This document shows positions 8,753 through 17,668 of a DNA stretch of 64,000 nt, piece after piece. Under the pieces are notes generated by a model. That model had not been told where the DNA came from and did not search any database. It saw only the letters and a list, made by a program, of their open reading frames with translations. Within the stretch, counting starts at the first letter, position 1, and every line of letters begins with the position of its first letter. This stretch comes from an uncultured Candidatus Berkelbacteria bacterium (GTDB taxonomy: Bacteria; Patescibacteriota; UBA1384; XYA2-FULL-43-10; CAINNR01): the NCBI GenBank assembly GCA_903851235.1, contig CAINNR010000015.1, forward strand, positions 11,327-75,326, given 5' to 3'. Made by a program: the position numbers and the translations under genes.

Positions 8753-10120
8753 ATGAGACCGAGAGCGCTGTTACAGGCATTGTTGGTTTCCGGTGACGTT
8801 CAAGCCGCGGTCAGATTAGCACAACAGGAAATGGGACGCAACTTAACAAATCGCGAGCTGTTTCTGACGGCTAATCGCTTAATTCGCTGGGCGATAAAAA
8901 ACGGCTCTGATGATTTAATGCCGACCGAACCCAGCGGCACAATCGTTAATGGGCTGATATCCGACGTAGCCAATCTACTCGGGTCGCAGGCAAATGAGTT
9001 GTATGAGAAAATCTGCAATGCATTTTGCGACACCTGCGAACAAATGTTTGGGATTGATTCAGCGGGTCGATATCTGTCGGATGCGATTTATTGGTGTCAT
9101 ATGATTACCGACGTTCGACGGAGAAAACGGATCGGGTGCCGGATCTTGTCATTGGCAATCAACGGCGGTTATCTCAGCTCGGCGGACGATATCGCAAGTT
9201 TTTTGAGAGTAACGATCAGCCCGATCCACCGACTTTACTGTTTGATACTGTGTAGCGACCGAAATCTTTGGGAGAAAGAAGTTTTCCAGCATGAATATCG
9301 TCGCTGTTTCTGCGGCGAAAAAGCCGAAGTGCAAGAGCAGATAATCTCTTTGGTTGTTGATCGATTGGCAACCAACGGTCACATTCGAGTAGCGCTGAAA
9401 ACTGCCATTCCGCTTCTACCGGCAGAAAAGCGCCGTGGATCGTTGGAAAAAGCGGTGGAGGAAATTGTCTCAGGCGGCGCTTGGTACGAAGACATCGTAA
9501 ACGACCTAAGTGAACTTGGTCGGCCTCTGACAAAAAAAGAGATTTTGGTCTGGATTCCCAATCACATGCAGACCAGAGCATCCGGAAGCTTTATTAACGC
9601 TCGCAGAATGATTTTTACTCTTCGGAAATCGGAAATGGAACAAGCAAAGGCGACACTTTACCAACTCCGATACCTAAATTCCGATGAAATTTTAAAAGCC
9701 ACACGACACATCGGCAGTAAGCGTATTCGCCACCAAATTCTTGAATCACTGTTTTTCTCATTATTGGAACATGACATGTATCTGGAAGAAAACCAGCGAA
9801 TAGACTATACCTATCAGAAGATTAACGATTTCAGCGCCGATCTTGGTTGGGTTCGTGATCAAAGACGGCTTCACCGGCTCTTCCGCGAAGCCTGTAACAA
9901 ACGCCAGCAAATAGATTATGCCCATTCTATGTTGCCGGTATTCCGACCGTCGGATAAGATTTGGGCTACTGAGATGTTGATTGCCTCTCATATTTGCTTC
10001 CGCGACGCTTCAGATGGGCGGACTCTTGCGCTTGAACTTGCCACAACGCTTCCACCCGAACTGGCGACAAAATATCAACAAATTCTCTCCAAGCCGGTAA
10101 AAGTTGAAGTTGCCGAATAG
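8753..10120 (+). CDS. Hypothetical alpha-helical protein
   Basis: 455-aa ORF followed by a terminator; no family motif recognised. Confidence 0.7.
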   Translation: MRPRALLQALLVSGDVQAAVRLAQQEMGRNLTNRELFLTANRLIRWAIKNGSDDLMPTEPSGTIVNGLISDVANLLGSQANELYEKICNAFCDTCEQMFGIDSAGRYLSDAIYWCHMITDVRRRKRIGCRILSLAINGGYLSSADDIASFLRVTISPIHRLYCLILCSDRNLWEKEVFQHEYRRCFCGEKAEVQEQIISLVVDRLATNGHIRVALKTAIPLLPAEKRRGSLEKAVEEIVSGGAWYEDIVNDLSELGRPLTKKEILVWIPNHMQTRASGSFINARRMIFTLRKSEMEQAKATLYQLRYLNSDEILKATRHIGSKRIRHQILESLFFSLLEHDMYLEENQRIDYTYQKINDFSADLGWVRDQRRLHRLFREACNKRQQIDYAHSMLPVFRPSDKIWATEMLIASHICFRDASDGRTLALELATTLPPELATKYQQILSKPVKVEVAE

Positions 10121-10132
10121 CATAAACACGCT

Positions 10133-10161
10133 GCCCCGATACCGCATCGGGGCGTTTTTTT
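10133..10161 (+). terminator. Intrinsic terminator
   Basis: GCCCCGAT-ACCGC-ATCGGGGC followed by GT7. Confidence 0.85.
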
Positions 10162-10240
10162 CTGTCGGCTATTGTATTATCGGAAAAAATCGGTAATAAT
10201 CAAGTCACCTCGTAGACACCCGACGATTGGAGGGTAACAG

Positions 10241-10777
10241 ATGACCATCAAAGATGTTGTCAAGCAGCGGAACAACATTAGGAAAGCCTGCTGGGGAGTT
10301 CTGTCCAGATATCCATCAGCAATTGAAGATCTGGTCGAAGATATCATTTTCCACATCGCCGGTAGGTTGGATAAATTCAGAGCTGAGAGTTCATTTGAGA
10401 CTTGGGTCCATCGAATCGCTACCAACCAAGCGATCAACAAGCTGAAAAAGCTGAAAAAAGAGGAGTGTTTGTCGCTTGATGCCTCAATTGGTGGCACAAC
10501 AGAGGATATCGATTTTGTCGACGTTTTGCTCGGCGACGGTCATTACGACCCTATGCCATCAATAGGGAGATTTCACGATTTGGAAACAATTCGCAATTCA
10601 CTCGCTTGGCTAAGGGAACACCACAATACGAATTATCGAGCGCTTTCGTTAGTTGTAGTTTACGGTTTTAGTAATCAATTTGCAGCGGAATATCTGGGTA
10701 TTTCACCGACATCAGTCCGGACAAGAATATTCCGAGCTAGAGAATCATTACGAAAAAGATTGGTTACTGAGAGATAG
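10241..10777 (+). CDS. ECF-type RNA polymerase sigma factor
   Basis: Region 2 EDLVEDI...FRAESSFETWVHRIATN; region 4 AAEYLGISPTSVRTRIFRAR; GGAGG RBS. Confidence 0.9.
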   Translation: MTIKDVVKQRNNIRKACWGVLSRYPSAIEDLVEDIIFHIAGRLDKFRAESSFETWVHRIATNQAINKLKKLKKEECLSLDASIGGTTEDIDFVDVLLGDGHYDPMPSIGRFHDLETIRNSLAWLREHHNTNYRALSLVVVYGFSNQFAAEYLGISPTSVRTRIFRARESLRKRLVTER

Positions 10778-10784
10778 AACCTAT

Positions 10785-10811
10785 GGTCTCGCCCAGTGCG
10801 CGACCTTTTTT
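10785..10811 (+). terminator. Intrinsic terminator
   Basis: GGTCTCGC-CCAGT-GCGCGACC-T6 with one mismatch. Confidence 0.6.
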
Positions 10812-11937
10812 ATTTGCTATTTTCTTCGATTATTTTCTTATAAACCTTGGCGCTTTTGCGCGGCTGGCGATTAATATCATGCAGACCGAATTTCATTGTG
10901 TACCCACTCGACCATTCAAAATTGTCAATCAGAGACCAGTAAAAGTAGCCTCGAAGATCGGTGCCATCGGCGATGGCACGAGATAATTGCGAAAGATTGC
11001 CTTGAATAAATTTTTGGCGATCGACGTCAGCGGCCGGCGTGCCGTTTTCTGTTAGGTAGATCGGTAATCTCCAGCGCTTGGCCTCGATTAGCAGCTGATA
11101 TAGACTGTCGGCAATTTTTCCGCTTAGAATCGGCTTTTTCGCTTGAACTTTGTATGAGGCGTAGGAGTTAATACCGAGAAAATCAAGTTGCTTTCGGATT
11201 CGGCCGATAAAATATTCATTGACTATCCATCTTGCCAATCGGCTCAAGATTCGATCAAAAATATTTCGTCCGGCCGGTAAAAACGCGGTCATATTCATCG
11301 CAATTCCTACCTTGACCCTTGGATTGGCCTTTTTCATACTAATGTATGCTTGTTTATGAGCGGAAATTTGGTTAAAAAATGCCTTGACCCCAAGGATATA
11401 ACTCTTCTTTCCTGGGCACCAATCAGCAATAAAATAGCCTTTGTTGATATAGACATTCGGCTCATTTAATACCGACCATAATTCAACCGATCGCCCGAAC
11501 TCCTGCGCCATCCGGCCGGCAAAGCGAGCAAAATAGTCGATGGTTTTTCTGTTGGTAAATCCACCGATGTCGGCGACCCAAAGTGGAAGAGTGAAGTGAA
11601 ATAACGTCACCATCGGCGTGATATTATTTTTATTCAGTTCGTCGATCATTTCCCGATAGCGACCGATAACTTTTTTGTCAAAAAAACCTGGCGTTGGCTC
11701 GATTCGCGACCATTCGATGGAAAATCGATAGGCGTTTTGCGAAGTATTTTTCAGTAGTCGGATGTCTTGGCGCCATTTGTTCCAACTATCGGCTGAAATT
11801 TCTGATGTTCTGTGATCTGAAACATTGCCGGGAATTTTTTCCCAGCGCGCCCAATCGTTATTTAAATGACCTTCTATTTGGTGTGCCGCAGTCGCGGCAC
11901 CAAATAGGAAGTTTTTTGGAAATTTGAGTTTATGCAT
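10810..11937 (-). CDS. Glycoside hydrolase family 1 (beta-glucosidase-like)
   Basis: FPKNFLFGAATAAHQIEG, YRFSIEWSRI, NEP acid/base, LTENG nucleophile, WSLIDNFEW. Start set at MHKLKF. Confidence 0.95.
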   Translation of the reverse strand: MHKLKFPKNFLFGAATAAHQIEGHLNNDWARWEKIPGNVSDHRTSEISADSWNKWRQDIRLLKNTSQNAYRFSIEWSRIEPTPGFFDKKVIGRYREMIDELNKNNITPMVTLFHFTLPLWVADIGGFTNRKTIDYFARFAGRMAQEFGRSVELWSVLNEPNVYINKGYFIADWCPGKKSYILGVKAFFNQISAHKQAYISMKKANPRVKVGIAMNMTAFLPAGRNIFDRILSRLARWIVNEYFIGRIRKQLDFLGINSYASYKVQAKKPILSGKIADSLYQLLIEAKRWRLPIYLTENGTPAADVDRQKFIQGNLSQLSRAIADGTDLRGYFYWSLIDNFEWSSGYTMKFGLHDINRQPRKSAKVYKKIIEENSK

Positions 11938-11980
11938 TTGATTTTTATATTGCCGGGATGACAGGATTGTTGACTGGGAA

Positions 11981-12289
11981 TTATATGTTATCGCTATCAA
12001 TGCTTTCTTGCATATAACGATAAACGATTGAAATAATTTCGCGGATATCGCCGTTGACATTTTTATATATTAAATTGTCAAAAGCAATATTTTTAAATTC
12101 ACGAATTGGGTCACTGATTAGGGCATGAATGAAAGATTGCGTTGCCCCATTTACACCACCAAAATCGATAATGACTTCATTTTGCTTCAATAATGCCGGC
12201 ATAAGCTGTTCTATCCTTATTCTTTTGGCAATGTCCTTGTTTTCAGCAAAATCTCCGGCCATTCTTTTAATTTTAATAAGATTTTTCAT
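11981..12289 (-). CDS. STAS-like domain protein (DUF4325 type)
   Basis: VIIDFGGVNGATQSFIHALI; ATGA overlap with the upstream GHKL gene. Confidence 0.8.
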   Translation of the reverse strand: MKNLIKIKRMAGDFAENKDIAKRIRIEQLMPALLKQNEVIIDFGGVNGATQSFIHALISDPIREFKNIAFDNLIYKNVNGDIREIISIVYRYMQESIDSDNI

Positions 12290-13254
12290 ATAAATCTTGG
12301 TCTCCTGTATTTCTCGCGTTTGCGTTCACGGATAGCTTTGTCATAAACTACACCGATGCCAGTCAATAATTCATTAAATTCTGGAGTTTCGTCAAGCGAA
12401 ATATCCACCGCTACCAATGTTCCCTGAAAACTTGGCGCATTATTTATTTCGCCATGCGGATCTCTACTTGGGTCGGCATATAATCTTGGCACCCCCTTGA
12501 TTCGTTTGTTATGCTTATGAAGAGTATATTCGGCACTACCACTATAAATAGCAAAGTAATTACGGGTAATTTTCGCTATCGACTTAACAAAGAACAATCC
12601 GGCGCCGGCATTTTCAGCAGTACCTCCTTCGCGTCTCGTTGTGCCCGTAATTCCTGGTGTTAAAGCCAATTTTATGGCTTCGATATGTGTTTTGGGATGC
12701 CAGTGAGTTTGTAAACTTTTCCAAATACCGATACCGGTATCGCAAATTCCGATACTGACCCGATTGGTTTTTTTGTAATATTGAGCAGCGACGACGGCGC
12801 CGCTCTTTGCAAAAGAGTGTTCCAGAACGTTTCTTACTAACTCACCAAAAATATATTTAATCACTGTCGCGTTTTTTTCTGATAGATGTAGAAGTGGAAT
12901 CATATCGGTAATAAAATGAGATTGTTCTTCAGCTGTTTTAATAATTTTAATAGGCAGGAATCGTCCGGATTCTTCTTTTTTATGATAATGAAATGGTGAA
13001 GATGTTTTTACAAAGTTAAAAAGCCCCATTCTGTCTAAATATCGTCCTGTGTCAGGAATGTCGCCAATAATTTCTGTGTTTTTCATACCAACTTTGATCG
13101 CCAGTGCAACTACCAAAACAAGATTAGCTGGATGAACAGTAATCCATTTATTATGAGTTGTTATCTCTAGTTTTCTTGGGTTTGAAAGGTCAAGAGATTC
13201 TACAAATTGTCGAAAATTTCGCAGATTCCCTTGATTTGATAAAAATATTCTCAT
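12286..13254 (-). CDS. GHKL/HATPase_c ATP-binding protein
   Basis: N box ELVRNVLEHS, G1 DTGIGI, G2 AGAGLFF, terminal FQGTLV. Confidence 0.85.
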   Translation of the reverse strand: MRIFLSNQGNLRNFRQFVESLDLSNPRKLEITTHNKWITVHPANLVLVVALAIKVGMKNTEIIGDIPDTGRYLDRMGLFNFVKTSSPFHYHKKEESGRFLPIKIIKTAEEQSHFITDMIPLLHLSEKNATVIKYIFGELVRNVLEHSFAKSGAVVAAQYYKKTNRVSIGICDTGIGIWKSLQTHWHPKTHIEAIKLALTPGITGTTRREGGTAENAGAGLFFVKSIAKITRNYFAIYSGSAEYTLHKHNKRIKGVPRLYADPSRDPHGEINNAPSFQGTLVAVDISLDETPEFNELLTGIGVVYDKAIRERKREKYRRPRFI

Positions 13255-13260
13255 AAGTAT

Positions 13261-13307
13261 ACTTTACCCGTCAGATGATTTTGTGTCAATAGGCACTCTA
13301 CGGGTAA
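13261..13307 (-). promoter_or_regulatory. Sigma70 promoter (probably leaderless) with inverted repeat
   Basis: TTGACA-17-TAAAGT, 6 nt before ATG; TTACCCGT (13264) / ACGGGTAA (13300). Confidence 0.6.
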
Positions 13308-13451
13308 TTACTCCATAGGAGATCAGAATGTGAAATTGGATTTAGGCTAAATATGGCATAGTCAGGGTATCTCAATGCAATCACCAGCAAACCCCAGCAC
13401 AAATACTTATTGTACAAATCACTCGAATAAGGAATTCTCGGCAGAAAAGAT

Positions 13452-13502
13452 AGTCGCTGTCCCCAAAAGAAAGTATTTGGGAAATTTGAGTTTGTCCATT
13501 TG
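13452..13502 (-). repeat. Diverged duplicate of the GH1 gene 5' end
   Basis: 41/51 nt identical to 11890-11940; reads MDKLKFPKYFLLGTAT versus MHKLKFPKNFLFGAAT. Confidence 0.85.
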
Positions 13503-13534
13503 GTTGTATTTTCTGGCGGACTGGATGCACTTCA

Positions 13535-13570
13535 CTTCGAATACCTTTTTGTCTGGCTTGACCAGTTAAG
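13535..13570. repeat. 36-bp direct repeat, left of AbiE pair
   Basis: 33/36 identical to 15259-15294. Confidence 0.9.
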
Positions 13571-13633
13571 GAAGACATACGATTCCGATAACATTTGCTA
13601 AATCACACCACAGATAATTTTGTCTGCGTCAAA

Positions 13634-14350
13634 TTAATTACTTTCGTTTATTAACCCTGGTTTGTCAGCATAAAGCTTTAAGCGAAAAAGCAGGTCGGAA
13701 ATCATTTTTGTTTTAACGTAGTTTTTTTGCTTGATATCTAGAATTTCACCTAAACCTTGTAGAATATTTAGCGTCCCTTTATTTTTTTCGAGGTAACCGG
13801 CCATCTTACTGAAGTATGCCGGTAATTCCATCCCTGTTCGACTTAAAATGATTTCTTTTTTAATCGGCCAATCATTGTTGAGAAAAAACCAACAGTCGAA
13901 CCAGTCACGATTCACCATTATTTTACGATCAAAGATAGCAACTAATTTATTGGCCGCAAGACAGTCTTTGTCCATGACTATAATCGGCAGACCATAATAT
14001 TCTTGAATGTTATAGGTATTTTCCGTATTTACCCTTTTTGAAATTTCGATTTTTATGCTGTGATCACCGTTTTTGTATGAGAGGCGGAAAAAGATCGTAT
14101 TTTGTTTGATCATTTCATCTTTGATATCCCCATACTTTATGGCAATAGATTTAACTTGATCGAAGATTTGTTGGTTATTGTCTTGAGATAAAAGATCAAA
14201 GTCCAAATCTGTCGAGAATCTTGGCAGATTGTAAAAAAGATAAGCCGCCGTGCCACCTTTAAACCCGAGCTTTTGGCTTAAACTCGGTTCACTGTAAATA
14301 TCAAATAGTATTTTTGTCATAAAATTTTCATGCACGGCTCGATCAAGCAT
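13634..14350 (-). CDS. abiEii: AbiEii/AbiGii nucleotidyltransferase toxin (type IV TA)
   Basis: FKGGTA..FYNLPRFSTDLDF, ANKLVA, RDWFD. Confidence 0.9.
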   Translation of the reverse strand: MLDRAVHENFMTKILFDIYSEPSLSQKLGFKGGTAAYLFYNLPRFSTDLDFDLLSQDNNQQIFDQVKSIAIKYGDIKDEMIKQNTIFFRLSYKNGDHSIKIEISKRVNTENTYNIQEYYGLPIIVMDKDCLAANKLVAIFDRKIMVNRDWFDCWFFLNNDWPIKKEIILSRTGMELPAYFSKMAGYLEKNKGTLNILQGLGEILDIKQKNYVKTKMISDLLFRLKLYADKPGLINESN

Positions 14351-14927
14351 AATTTTCCTTTAGTCTTTTAATTTGTGATAAAAGTCGTTTATTAGAATAA
14401 GCCCGTGCGATCCGAAGACACAAATCCCAGTCGATATCGGTCAATTGATCAAAAACAAAATCTGGCGAGAGATAGAGAGTGTCGACAATCGACCTTTCCT
14501 TGGAAGCCACGGTTTTATTGCCAAGAAAGTGTATTCCAGCCGGATTGAGAAGGATTGGACCTTTAATTTTTTTATATACATATTCCGTATTTCCAACTGT
14601 AATCGACCGGCTTTGGTTTGAAACCGAATATATCCTTGAATCATATTGAAAATTGATTCCATTTTGCGCTAGAGCAGAATACAGGCCGAAATAAGACGGG
14701 GTAATCATTTTATTGGCCAGTTCAATCTTGTCATAGTTTTTACCAAGAGCGTAAAATCCCTTGCGAATGAGGAAGAGTTTTTGCGATTTGATCAAGCGGT
14801 TAATCTTTGTTTTAAGATAGTCATCTTTGTCAATCCGCCAAATTAAACTTAGGTCTTTAATCGAAAAGACGGTTTTTTGGCTTCGATAAAGCAAAACAAT
14901 TGGGTCTATTTTATTAGCTGATGTCAT
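14343..14927 (-). CDS. abiEi: AbiEi-like antitoxin / wHTH regulator
   Basis: LIRKGFY, PSYFGLYSAL, ASKERSIVDTLY; overlaps the start of abiEii. Confidence 0.8.
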   Translation of the reverse strand: MTSANKIDPIVLLYRSQKTVFSIKDLSLIWRIDKDDYLKTKINRLIKSQKLFLIRKGFYALGKNYDKIELANKMITPSYFGLYSALAQNGINFQYDSRIYSVSNQSRSITVGNTEYVYKKIKGPILLNPAGIHFLGNKTVASKERSIVDTLYLSPDFVFDQLTDIDWDLCLRIARAYSNKRLLSQIKRLKENYA

Positions 14928-14984
14928 ATATAAGTTATCAATAATGATTACCTATATTGTATATTATCAAATTAAATTTGTCAA
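14928..14984 (-). promoter_or_regulatory. abiE promoter with inverted-repeat operator
   Basis: TTGACA-17-TACAAT; 11/13 inverted repeat at 14928-14940 / 14945-14957 just downstream of the -10. Confidence 0.7.
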
Positions 14985-15258
14985 TAGTCACCGGCTCTTT
15001 GTCTCAATTTTGGCATAATATCAAATTCGGGGGGCTAAATTACCGGGTTTTGATGCATCAGTAGTAGATAATTGATCATTTATTTGCAGAAACTTGTAAT
15101 TAAATGGCTTAGAAGGATTTACAGGACTTACTAAACAGCCATTTTCAGACCCCATATTTTGCTATTAAGCCTTATTTTTAGTCCATTTTACAGAGCAATT
15201 TTGGACTTGCAGCCGATGAAACCTGGTCTTGTCTCATTTGGCGGGCTGAAACAATTTC

Positions 15259-15294
15259 CTTCGAATACCTTTTAGTCTGGTTTGACCAATTAAG
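15259..15294. repeat. 36-bp direct repeat, right of AbiE pair
   Basis: 33/36 identical to 13535-13570. Confidence 0.9.
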
Positions 15295-15365
15295 ACAGAT
15301 TTTCAACATTCTCTGAATTTGCTGTCCTGCGTCCTTCAGTCTTTAATTGTTCCGATTATTTTGGT

Positions 15366-15662
15366 TCATTGTTCACGAATGACGAAAGATCGTTTATTGA
15401 TCTCTTGTAGAATCTTTAATGTTGCCTGTACCGACATGTTATCGCTTGGTAATAATACTAATTTATCTCCAAGTTGCTCAAATAAGGGGCCTAAAAATTC
15501 GTCCCCCCAAGAAGGGGAAAAAGTCAAAACGCCGGAGAAATCAATTTCCAAATTTTCATTTGGCTTAATGCCTTTGAATGCCGGTTGAAAAGCCTTGAAA
15601 GCTTCAAGTCCGGCTTGGCGAGAAATAAGTGTTGTCCCAAATTTTTTTAGTTCTATTAACAT
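15366..15662 (-). CDS. STAS-like domain protein (DUF4325 type)
   Basis: LISRQAG, LEIDFSGVLTFSPSWGDEFLG. Confidence 0.85.
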   Translation of the reverse strand: MLIELKKFGTTLISRQAGLEAFKAFQPAFKGIKPNENLEIDFSGVLTFSPSWGDEFLGPLFEQLGDKLVLLPSDNMSVQATLKILQEINKRSFVIREQ

Positions 15663-15693
15663 AGATTTGTCCTTAATTATTTTATGATTAATA

Positions 15694-16413
15694 TTAGAAT
15701 TGGATTATAGCGGAACAACCCCTGAACATCTCTTGCCCGCGGGTAAGACGAAACTCCCTACCAGGCGACTTAATTCGAACTTCGGCATCTCCACTCTCAA
15801 AGAATAGGTCAATTGGCTGAGTTGTGGTAACTTCTCGAACAAACTTTAATCCATTTCCGCGTTTTTCCGGAGATCGTCCCGAGAGGATCTCTGTAAAGGC
15901 AACCTTAACTGCTTCAGTGTGATTTTTTAATGTAGGGCGTACCTGACGAAGTGTCTCCAAAATACCAAGACCACGGTCAGCAAGCACAATCTGCTTTTTG
16001 TTAATATCATATCCGAAAAAAATACCCGGCACATCCGGCCACTTCCCAAGATTGTGATCAAAGGAATTGTTTCCTATTTCACCAGTAATAGCAATGATAA
16101 CTGAAAACAATTTCTCAAAACCAGGTTGCTCCATCAACAATAATTCCAGCCTTGATAGCCTAACTTGAAAAACTGCGCTATTACTACAGTAAAATGCGGA
16201 AGGGAATTCCGAGCCCTCTTTCGCCCAATTATGAGCAAGCTTAACATTGTCACTTGAAAATATTTCAAGATCATTTTCTCTATAAAATCTGTGTACTCCC
16301 CCTTGTTTTCTGATCGCGACAAGCTTTCCACTACTGTCCCAGCGGCGGAGTGTGTCAATTGAAACACCAAGTATTTTTGATGCTTGAGAAATTGTAAGTA
16401 GTTGTTCTTCCAT
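15694..16413 (-). CDS. MerR/excisionase-type HTH fused to GHKL/HATPase domain
   Basis: LLTISQASKILGVSIDTLRRWD..G..HRFY; EIGNNSFDHN, DRGLGI, RGNGLKFV. Confidence 0.85.
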   Translation of the reverse strand: MEEQLLTISQASKILGVSIDTLRRWDSSGKLVAIRKQGGVHRFYRENDLEIFSSDNVKLAHNWAKEGSEFPSAFYCSNSAVFQVRLSRLELLLMEQPGFEKLFSVIIAITGEIGNNSFDHNLGKWPDVPGIFFGYDINKKQIVLADRGLGILETLRQVRPTLKNHTEAVKVAFTEILSGRSPEKRGNGLKFVREVTTTQPIDLFFESGDAEVRIKSPGREFRLTRGQEMFRGCSAIIQF

Positions 16414-16430
16414 AATTTACCTCTGTAAAT

Positions 16431-16499
16431 ATATTAACACGAGATGTTAAACTATGCAAGTTTGTCATAAAACTATGCAAGTAATAGTTAAACTATGGA
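16431..16499 (-). promoter_or_regulatory. Promoter overlapped by three phased direct repeats
   Basis: TTGCAT-17-TAATAT; AAACTATGCAAGT at 16449 and 16470, AAACTATGGA at 16490. Confidence 0.7.
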
Positions 16500-16679
16500 T
16501 TTACACAACAACCTGAGATAGTTAACATCAATTGAAGCTTAATTTTCACTAACTAGAATTGTTAATTTTTGTTTGACGACAAGATTCGAACACATCCAAC
16601 CTGTAGTATTATTTTACATAAACAAGAAAAACTGTAAAAAAGACTCTTTTTTCATTACTCAAACATGGTGTTTATCTCA

Positions 16680-16757
<78 letters not shown>

Positions 16758-16772
<15 letters not shown>

Positions 16773-17015
16773 AAACTTTTTTATTATCTCCAATTTTTCT
16801 TTCCGCCCAGCCGAATGTTTTAAATACCACTCTCTTTTGCAAGCTTCCGATCGGGAATCGAACGATTCGGAATAAATCAACTTCCATGGTCTAAACGGTT
16901 TGGTTGATTTCGCTCCACCATGGTTATGTTCAGCCAATCTGCGATTCTGGTCGGTTGTTATTCCAACATAATGACGTCGTTTGGAGTTTTCTATCATGTA
17001 GACAAAATATTTCAT
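16758..17015 (-). CDS. Stand-alone GIY-YIG nuclease family protein
   Basis: YFVYMI..HYVGIT...RRLAEHN.G.AKST..RPWKL...A.KRE. Confidence 0.9.
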
Positions 17016-17081
17016 ATAATTTCTTGATCGATTTAACTTGGCTACGCTTGGATTATAGCTGATAGTTTGATAAGTTTCAAT

Positions 17082-17112
17082 AAAAAAAATCCTCAGATTA
17101 ATGCGGATTTTT
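17082..17112. terminator. Putative terminator after RelE gene
   Basis: A8-TCC...GGA-T6 weak hairpin. Confidence 0.45.
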
Positions 17113-17123
17113 TAATAAAAATT

Positions 17124-17360
17124 CTATTTGTAAGTGTTTTCATTTCTTCGTGAAATTGTCAACACAGTAATTTTCCCCTCGTCAATACGATATATAATAC
17201 GCTGGTCACCCAGTCGAAGGCGAAAAACATCGCCCCTGTTCTTAAGTTTTTTAATGTCCAGTCCTACAAGATTATTTGAAAAAAGTTTTGATAACACACT
17301 CTTGATATTCTTTCGCTCTTTCTCCGATAATTTTGCCAGTGCCTTTTCAATTTTATCCAT
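17124..17360 (-). CDS. RelE/ParE family toxin
   Basis: LDIKKLK....FRLRLGDQRIIY...I.RR.E.TY. Confidence 0.88.
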   Translation of the reverse strand: MDKIEKALAKLSEKERKNIKSVLSKLFSNNLVGLDIKKLKNRGDVFRLRLGDQRIIYRIDEGKITVLTISRRNENTYK

Positions 17361-17369
17361 TTTTTTTTC

Positions 17370-17591
17370 CTATAATCGGCTCAGCAAATCCTCGATTGCA
17401 ACTCCGCCTTTTTGAATTTTAGTAAAGTCAATCACTTCTTCCCATAATTCTTCCTCGTCGTGGTTAATGGGACAGATACGAAAAACCGGTTTGGATTTTT
17501 TTACCACCAAAAAACAATCGCCGGCAGCAATTTTCTTTTCGTAAGCAGGCAAATTTTCTCTTAATTCTTTTAGACCGATTATTTTTTCCAT
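17370..17591 (-). CDS. Phd/YefM-like antitoxin
   Basis: IIGLKELRENL......G..F.VVKKSKPVFRI.P; directly upstream of the toxin. Confidence 0.8.
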   Translation of the reverse strand: MEKIIGLKELRENLPAYEKKIAAGDCFLVVKKSKPVFRICPINHDEEELWEEVIDFTKIQKGGVAIEDLLSRL

Positions 17592-17626
17592 ACACAAAGT
17601 TTAACTTAAGATAAACTTTGTGTCAA
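17592..17626 (-). promoter_or_regulatory. TA promoter with perfect operator palindrome
   Basis: TTGACA-17-TAAACT, 6 nt before ATG; ACACAAAGTTTA-8-TAAACTTTGTGT. Confidence 0.85.
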
Positions 17627-17668
17627 TAACTATAAATACAGTGTGATAGTTCAGTAATCTGACAATGA

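Noticed and set aside
11938-12060. N-terminal extension of GH1 in the ORF track
   Set aside because: It overlaps the STAS gene, and the GH1 family motif starts at MHKLKFP (11937).
13381-13578. 65-aa ORF (and opposite 64-aa ORF) as real genes
   Set aside because: The interval is made of the GH1 5' duplicate and the 36-bp repeat; no RBS or family motif.
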